A stretch of DNA of 64,000 nucleotides, taken from positions 1,860,001-1,924,000 of the forward strand of contig OX337232.1 in the NCBI GenBank assembly GCA_946965045.2, in the 5' to 3' direction. The position numbers and the translations under genes were made by a program. Shown in pieces: positions 57,480-64,000 of this stretch. The stretch is from Epithemia pelagica. Its lineage: Eukaryota; Protista; Bacillariophyta. How positions within the stretch are numbered: position 1 is the stretch's first letter; every line of letters begins with the position of its first letter. Below the pieces are notes generated by a model. That model was not told the DNA's origin, searched no databases, and worked only from the letters and a program-made list of their open reading frames with translations.

Positions 57480-60400
57480 TTAGAATTTCCCACCCTTCTT
57501 GACACCTATCTTTCCAGATCTTGCTTTTGCTCGGGCGGCACCAGTACCACCTCCACTAAGCAATCCCCCACCTTGAGCTACTTGTTGGTTCATTGTCGCC
57601 TGTTCCCCCTCCAGCCAAGCGAAAGCCTTATGTCGCTTGGCTTTGGCCTCGGCATCTTTCTTTATTCGTTCTTCACGGCGTTCGCTTTCAACGAATGCAG
57701 CATCCAATCGTAATTCACGAGATATGGCTTTCCGTTCACGTTTCAGTTCCCTACGAGTCCTGTCCAGAGCAACCTGTTCAGAGTTCTTTCCTTTATCTTT
57801 CGATACACTGTACTTTTCCCAATTTTCCAATCGAGGAGCCAGAGTCTCAATAGATTGCTTTGTCTTTATTCCTTCGCGTCGGTTCAATGGAACCCGTGAT
57901 GAATCGTACAAGCATACCTCCCTGAGTGCACTTGCAACATTTGCAACCTTCTTTACAAGAGAGGAAGGTAACCGATTCCCTTTCTCATTGGGGCGGAGAT
58001 CGAGGACACTATTCGATACCTCAGAGAACAATTCTCTCTCACCCATTTGAACGGAACCGTCTAGATTTCGAATCGTACTTTCAAGTATAGTCAGTGACGC
58101 ACCGAGCAAAGCAGCGGAGGCACTTGGACCCTCGATAAAATCTTTTTCGAGACTTAGTTGAGGAGAACTAGAGTCACCTTCGAAAGAGCACGCAAGCACC
58201 CGCAGGTCGTCAAGGTTTTCTTCTTCTGCAGCAGCTGCTAGGTTCAAACATGGATATTGTCCTCGTCGAGCCTTGGGAGCAGCAGCGAACAACCGCACGA
58301 CTCCACCCAGAAACGCATGAGCTTCAGGAACAGATCGTTTAGCTTCTTTTGTATATTCAACGAGTAACCCTGCACAGAACACCCCCATGGTAAGGTCTGA
58401 CACTGAGTATACCGGGGTGTGTGATAGGTACTGTCCGAGGAGTAACAAGGCAGGTGTGACTACATAGTGTCGTTTGTCGGTCACTGGAAATACATGACCC
58501 AGAGCTCGTAGTAACAACAGCACTCCAGTAGATGGCCAAACAGAAAACTCTTCGTTGGTGTCGTTCTGCTGATATTCTGCATCGCGTAAACGTTTTGCAT
58601 GGGCATTGTGTAATATTCCCAGTCGCCGTGACCACACAGCTCCTGCACTGTCAGGTGAATCCTGTGCCATACTGTAAAGTATTTTGGTCAACGAGTCTAG
58701 TTGATTGTAGCGGCCTAGCTCTGTTCCTCCGCCTCCAGAATGGTGAATCGCATCACCGACAGCAATAAAACGCCGCAACAAAACGTCATAGAAATTCTGC
58801 ATCTTTTCTGTATTTCGTCTATCCAAGCGCACAGAGTTCGAAGCGTATATACGTTGAATCACCAACGTTACCTCTTCCCCGTTTTTTGCATGCTGTCCGA
58901 TCAGATCATGCAAGGCCTCTAGGGTAGTTGGCACATCAAAGACAAACGGCATCTCCGCACTGTACGAGAATGTAGTAAGAGACACAATAATGTTAGAAAA
59001 GCTGTGTTTACCATGGAGACCCATAATTCTGTGCCTTGAAATTGCAGGTACTATTGTGGTCGACAATGATTTGATATGGGTAGAGATCTGCCACGAGAAT
59101 CAGTCAAAGGCAAAACGCCTCATCGGGACTCAAACAGATGCGATGGGAAAAATTAACGCAAACGCGTAGTGCAGCTCACTACCCAACACCCAATACCCAT
59201 TACTTACATCGCCTTGTCGGTGGCCTTCTGCCGTTTCCGTTTCAAGTGGGCTTCCTGCTCCTTTCGCTGTTCTTCTTTTTGCGCTTCTTCTGTACTCTTC
59301 TCTATTTGCTGAATGTGTTGTGGTTCAATTCCATCCTCGTAGTCACCATCATCATAATCCACATCATATCGGAGCGCACCATCCTTGTTGCAGTATACCT
59401 TGCTCACTTTACCCTCATGCCAAGACAAGTGTCCATCAAACTGTTCTTTGGCTCGATAGCATGCTTTGACTCGATCTCCGACGGACAACTGTTGACTCAG
59501 GTCTTGCTTTGTCGTCGACGACATCGCTTTGCCCACAACGACACCATTTTTATCCACTGTCATGAGTCCATCTGCAGTAAACACTGGTTTCAATTCATCA
59601 TCCGACTCTACATCTGACTCATTATCCAGATGTTCTGGGGAGATTCCGTCTTTGGCTCTGGGGCGCTTATTTTTCTTAGATGCATAATCATCGTCCGATA
59701 TGTCCGAGAAATTGTCATCAACGTATTCCCCATTCATCCGTGCTAACCGACGTGTCTCTAGCTCATTAAGTCGATCTGCTTCTTCTTTAGCAATTTCTTC
59801 CTTTGTTTTGGTGCGGTCTGTCGCAGCCACCTTTCGTTCCAAGAATTGGTACTGTTTCATCTCCTTGTCCCAGTCGACCATTTCTTGATCAGCATCAGGC
59901 AAATTGCCTTCTCTACGGGCTGCGTGGTATTCACGTATTTCCTTTTCTTTGTCTCGAAATTGAAGTAGTTCCGCGAGATCTCGATACGAGTCATCCATTT
60001 TCTCAAAGGCCTCCACTTGGGCTTCTTTGGACTTGACTCGTTCTGCTTTCAAAAGTTTCCTTCGGGCAATAAGGTCATCCAACTCTGTCTTACGGGAAGA
60101 ATATTGATGTGCAAGAGAGTTTTCGCCCTGACTCGGTCCGTAGGGATCGTCCCGCTCGGAAGAGCCTCCAACTCCACCACCAAAATGCATCATCGTGTCA
60201 ATTGCATCCAATTGACCAACATCCCCATCTTCGGAATCGGACAGAATCACATGATCTTTTGCTGCGGTGGCATCGATTTCTCTGCCTCTATGTGTCAGAA
60301 CATCGCCATTTCCATCACCACCATCATCGTCCAAACTAAATTTTCCAGATCGCTTGCTTCGACGAGATCGCTCCTTGACAAGACGTGCCAAGTTCTGCTC

Positions 60401-60733
60401 TTCACGTGTCATTGTCGGATTATTTTCTCCAATACGACCATCGACAAAGGAGTTGGATTTCTTGGATCGTTTCAATTCTTCTCTCAGCTTTGTCTGTCTC
60501 TCTTTCAACGCTCTTGCCAACGCTGACTGGGAGGTCACCTTGGGAGTTGGTCTATTGACTACCTCATGCTTTGCTCTCTTGTTGCGTGCTGTTGCTTCGA
60601 ATGGATTCACCAAATCGGACGGCAAACTATTCTTGCCTTGCGGTCCTCCAGAAACACCCCGTCCTTTACGAACAGGAAGTCCCTTGGGTAATGATGACAG
60701 GCTTCGTTTCGCTCGTGCTTTTCGTTTGACCAT
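57480..60733 (-). CDS. NOP14: Nucleolar protein Nop14 (intron 58960-59207)
   Basis: NPFE, FVDGRIGE, LTHRG, DRTKTKEE..EE..RL.ELE..RL.RM, EMPFVF.VP, ELKRERKAISRELRLDAAF. Confidence 0.9.
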
Positions 60734-60911
60734 GGTGTTTCGTCAGAATCGATTCATGAGATCAGAAAAAGTAAAAAATGGGAAAGTTTCGTGGTCGAGA
60801 GGGCAAGACGGACGAGGGCAAGACGCTATCAGCCCACAGCCCACAGGGGCGTTTTGCCCCGCCCGCTGGCACCTGACCTGAGATCTGAGATTTCCTCGGC
60901 ATCAAGCGACC

Positions 60912-61268
60912 ATGACGAATCGAGCTACGCTGCAAACGCCGCCTCTTCATGTCTTGCGAGGAATTTGTCGCTTATTAAAAACTCCATCATTGCCTCAAGA
61001 GCTACTCAAGAAAGGGCCTCCGCCCATGCATCCCACGGAAATGCAACGACTAGTTTTGGAACGCTATCGTGTTCATTCCCGACTGTCGACGTCGCAGTCG
61101 AGTTTGCATCGTGCCATGGCAGTTCAGTATCACAATCTCAAACTTGATTTGAAGGAGAGGGATAGATTATACAAACTCGACACGGGTGCAGAGGTACAAC
61201 TTTCTGCCAAAGAAATGAGCCGTCGAGCCGCGGCACGTGCAGGTCTCCAACTGCCCGAACTGGGGTAA
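60912..61268 (+). CDS. FMC1-like mitochondrial ATP synthase assembly factor (LYR-related)
   Basis: 118 aa with C-terminus TGAE...KEMSRRAAARAGLQLP. Confidence 0.55.
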   Translation: MTNRATLQTPPLHVLRGICRLLKTPSLPQELLKKGPPPMHPTEMQRLVLERYRVHSRLSTSQSSLHRAMAVQYHNLKLDLKERDRLYKLDTGAEVQLSAKEMSRRAAARAGLQLPELG

Positions 61269-61493
61269 GAAGCAACCAACAGCCTTGCCAAAGAAGAGTT
61301 TTGGCCAGAATGGTTGTCTCGTGAACGAAGACTACAAATTAATTTGGAATATCAAAGGGATGACTTCTTGTGGTCATGGAGATCGCCAACTACCTAGTTC
61401 ACAATGGGCTTGAAGGGTGTTTCGGAACGAGGTTCACAAGGGAGGCCTTTTACTCCAGAAAAGTCTTTGACATAAATAAGATGGGATCTTTTA

Positions 61494-62624
61494 TTATTCT
61501 TGTTTCTCTTTGCTTGTCAAGCTCTTTTCATATCGCTTCACCAGGAACATTCTCAATAGAGCTGGAAAGAAAAATCTCAAAACATAAGCGACCAAGGATG
61601 AAAATGAAGCAGCAATGGTGAAATCCACTTCCCCCTTGGCTATTCTTGTAAGGATTTCCGTGGCAACCTGTGTCGGGTCGGCTCCTGCGGCCGTGGTAGG
61701 GTCCATACGTCCATACAAGGTGCCATCGCCAGTCAAGGCGCCTTGCGACAAACCTGTGCGAATGTAGCCCGGTGATACGGTATGAACCGATACACCACTC
61801 GAATGGAGTTCTGCGCGTATCGACTCCGTGTACCCCTGCACAGCGAACTTGCTGGCGGCGTAAGACGATCGATTAGGAATGCCGAGCAAACCTTGCATGG
61901 AAGATATCCAAATGATGCGACCTGACTTTCGTTCCACCATTCCTGGCACAAGCGCCTTGGCCAAGGCCGCACCAGACAAGAAATTTATTTGCATCACCTT
62001 GGAATCTACATCAATATCCGTGTCTAAGAACCGGGAACGACTTGAAACACCTCCATTGTTGATGAGAATGTCAACCTGCTTGGATTTATCATCGGTAAGC
62101 TGCGTGGAAACCTGCTTAACATTGCTGGGATCGCTTAAATCGCAAACAATCAAATCGATCGGAATTGATCCATCCACAGCAGAGCATTCTTTGGCTAGCT
62201 TCTCTAGATCTTCTTGTTTTCGCGACGACAAGATGAGTCGATGTACCTTCCATTGAATCAGCTGCAGTGCCAAGGCCTTGCCCAAACCACCAGTGGCGCC
62301 AGTCAATAAAACGGTTTTGGCTGCGTATGCTTGCTTGATAGAATCTTCCATCATATTTTCTCTCAGGTTTTTGTCTATTCCGTCAATGGCTTCCTCGTCT
62401 GATGTAGAAAGTTGCAAAGGCACGGTAGTAATCGTTGTGGATTGCACACGAGAGGATCGCAAGGGTTCTCTTGATGGGTTCGTTCGCGGGCGTGTTGATT
62501 TAGGCCAGTCGACAATCAAAGCCTCAGTGAAGACTGGAGCGATAAGAAGAACTGTCCAGATCAGGAACGAAATACGAATATTGGACCGAGATTGATGAGC
62601 TACGCTGGTGCTGGTGGACTCCAT
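61494..62624 (-). CDS. Short-chain dehydrogenase/reductase (DHRS7-like)
   Basis: TGATGGLG, ILINNGG, SSMQG, YAASK. Confidence 0.92.
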   Translation of the reverse strand: MESTSTSVAHQSRSNIRISFLIWTVLLIAPVFTEALIVDWPKSTRPRTNPSREPLRSSRVQSTTITTVPLQLSTSDEEAIDGIDKNLRENMMEDSIKQAYAAKTVLLTGATGGLGKALALQLIQWKVHRLILSSRKQEDLEKLAKECSAVDGSIPIDLIVCDLSDPSNVKQVSTQLTDDKSKQVDILINNGGVSSRSRFLDTDIDVDSKVMQINFLSGAALAKALVPGMVERKSGRIIWISSMQGLLGIPNRSSYAASKFAVQGYTESIRAELHSSGVSVHTVSPGYIRTGLSQGALTGDGTLYGRMDPTTAAGADPTQVATEILTRIAKGEVDFTIAASFSSLVAYVLRFFFPALLRMFLVKRYEKSLTSKEKQE

Positions 62625-62944
62625 GGCGAGAAGGGGTGGTAAAAGTGCCGCAGAGCCAAGACAGAGAGAGAAACGCGACCGGGTTGGAGCGAAATTCTCC
62701 CGGGCGCGGGTACCGGGCAGGGACAGGGGCAAGACCGGCAGAGGGCGAATTGTGCACGGCATTTTACCTCAACGTGGTGTAGCAACATTGGGTGAGACAA
62801 TGCTCCAACAGGGCAACGAAGCTGAACAAACATTGAGTGTCTATTCACCATCACGGAAGTGAGAAGAGCTGTCTACCTACCTACCAGATTGAGAGCATAC
62901 CGAGGCTTGCGCTGACCGATTAAAGTTCATCTCGCAATCAGAAG

Positions 62945-64000
62945 ATGAATGACGACAACAATGCTATCGATTCGGCCTCGCAAGAAGATCCCTTCGATAG
63001 TAGCATTGGATGCAAGCCCTTGGGAATTCCACAGTCTATTTCGAAGCAAGGATGGTTCACAGAGATGGAAACCATGTGGCCTGGACAAAAATTTTCATTG
63101 GCGTTGGAGGGGTTTTCAACTGAAAAGTCTATCTTGTTTCACGAACGATCCAAGTATCAAGATATACTTGTGTTCAAGTCCGCCCAGTATGGCAATGCGT
63201 TGGTGTTGGACGGTGTTTTGCAGCTGACGGAACGCGACGAATTCGCCTTTCACGAAATGATGGTCCATGTGCCTCTGTTTGCCCATCCTCGCCCCGAAAC
63301 AATATGCGTGGTGGGAGGAGGCGATGGAGGTTGTTTACGCGAACTTTTGCGCCATGAAACTGTACGTCGCGTCGTGCTGGTGGAAATCGACCCTCGTGTC
63401 ATCTATGTGACCAAAACATTCTTTGCGACGAGCCGTAGCGGTAGCTTGGCTTCGAGCTTTGATGATCCTAGGGTAGAAATTGTGTTCCAAGATGCTGCTA
63501 CCTACCTGGAACAACAGCCATCCAACATGTTTGACATCATTTTAAGTGATACGTCGGATCCTGTTGGACCTGCTGAATCTCTTTTTCAGCCCGCTTTCTA
63601 TGAGTCGATGCATAGAGTCTTGCGGCCTCAAGGAATTGTGTGCGTTCAAGCACTCTGCCTTTGGATTCAGCTGGATCTCATATCCGATCTTGTCGCTTGT
63701 TGTGCCGATATTTTTGACACGGCCGAATACGCCTCTACCATGGTCCCAACATATCCTTGTGGACAGTTACGTACATTGCGGTTAGATCTTGGACATATCC
63801 TCGCTATATTGGGATAGATGGTAAATGCTAACCCTTGTTTTGTGTTTTTCGGTTGCTGTTTCAAAAACCACAGAATCGGATTCATTTTGGCGTGTAAGGA
63901 ACGCTTTCACTCCTGTCGACGGCCCATTCCTCGACAATCGACATTGAATCAAAGCGAGATCTTGTCCCATTTGAGATGGTACTCATTCTCACAACATACT
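62945..64000 (+). CDS. Spermidine synthase / aminopropyltransferase, 3'-partial (intron 63766-63873)
   Basis: GWFTE, SKYQDI, LVLDGVLQLTERDEF, VVGGGDGG, DTSDPVGPAESLF, PTYPCGQ|IGF. Confidence 0.92.

Noticed and set aside
9738-60733. Apparent enrichment of RNA-processing and ribosome biogenesis genes (NOP53, NOP14, REX4, CID, cyclin L, LENG1-like)
   Set aside because: The genes are dispersed and belong to a large functional class; there is no evidence of a co-regulated cluster.
1-64000. CRISPR arrays, tRNA and rRNA genes
   Set aside because: None recognised by eye; the repeats found are coding minisatellites, LTRs or TIRs. A covariance-model scan would be needed to exclude small ncRNAs.

Overview
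Gene-dense eukaryotic nuclear DNA, most likely from a diatom. This is an inference from short GT-AG introns, bipartite plastid/thylakoid targeting peptides, a CoDi-type copia element and a KxxK/PTSQ-repeat secreted protein. The window holds about 27 host genes (NOP53, RPRD/CID, TYW3 fusion, cyclin L-like, three vWA paralogs, LarC, sHSP, MOG1, GCNA, D-Cys desulfhydrase-like, SET, R3H, LENG1-like, epsin, FKBP, HslV, REX4, NUF2, NOP14, FMC1-like, SDR, spermidine synthase). It also holds three transposable elements with recognisable ends: a 3.7 kb hAT (1280-4952, 7-bp TSD), a very young 6.2 kb Ty1/copia LTR element (11215-17440, 5-bp TSD) and a ~740 bp MITE (48177-48918). The main leads are: (1) the copia has no tRNA-like PBS, and its PBS is a perfect 14-nt complement of a sequence inside its own LTR, which suggests Tf1-like self-priming; it also has an extra upstream ORF and a Gag without a zinc knuckle; (2) a TYW3 fused to a Trm5-fold domain with a PRPK motif resembling archaeal Trm5a/Taw22, which hints at archaeal-type wyosine chemistry in a eukaryote; (3) an N-terminal-only, His-rich LarC nickel protein. 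Several single-base frameshifts at homopolymers may be assembly errors. No tRNA, rRNA or CRISPR features were recognised. All family calls come from motif recognition by eye, not database searches.
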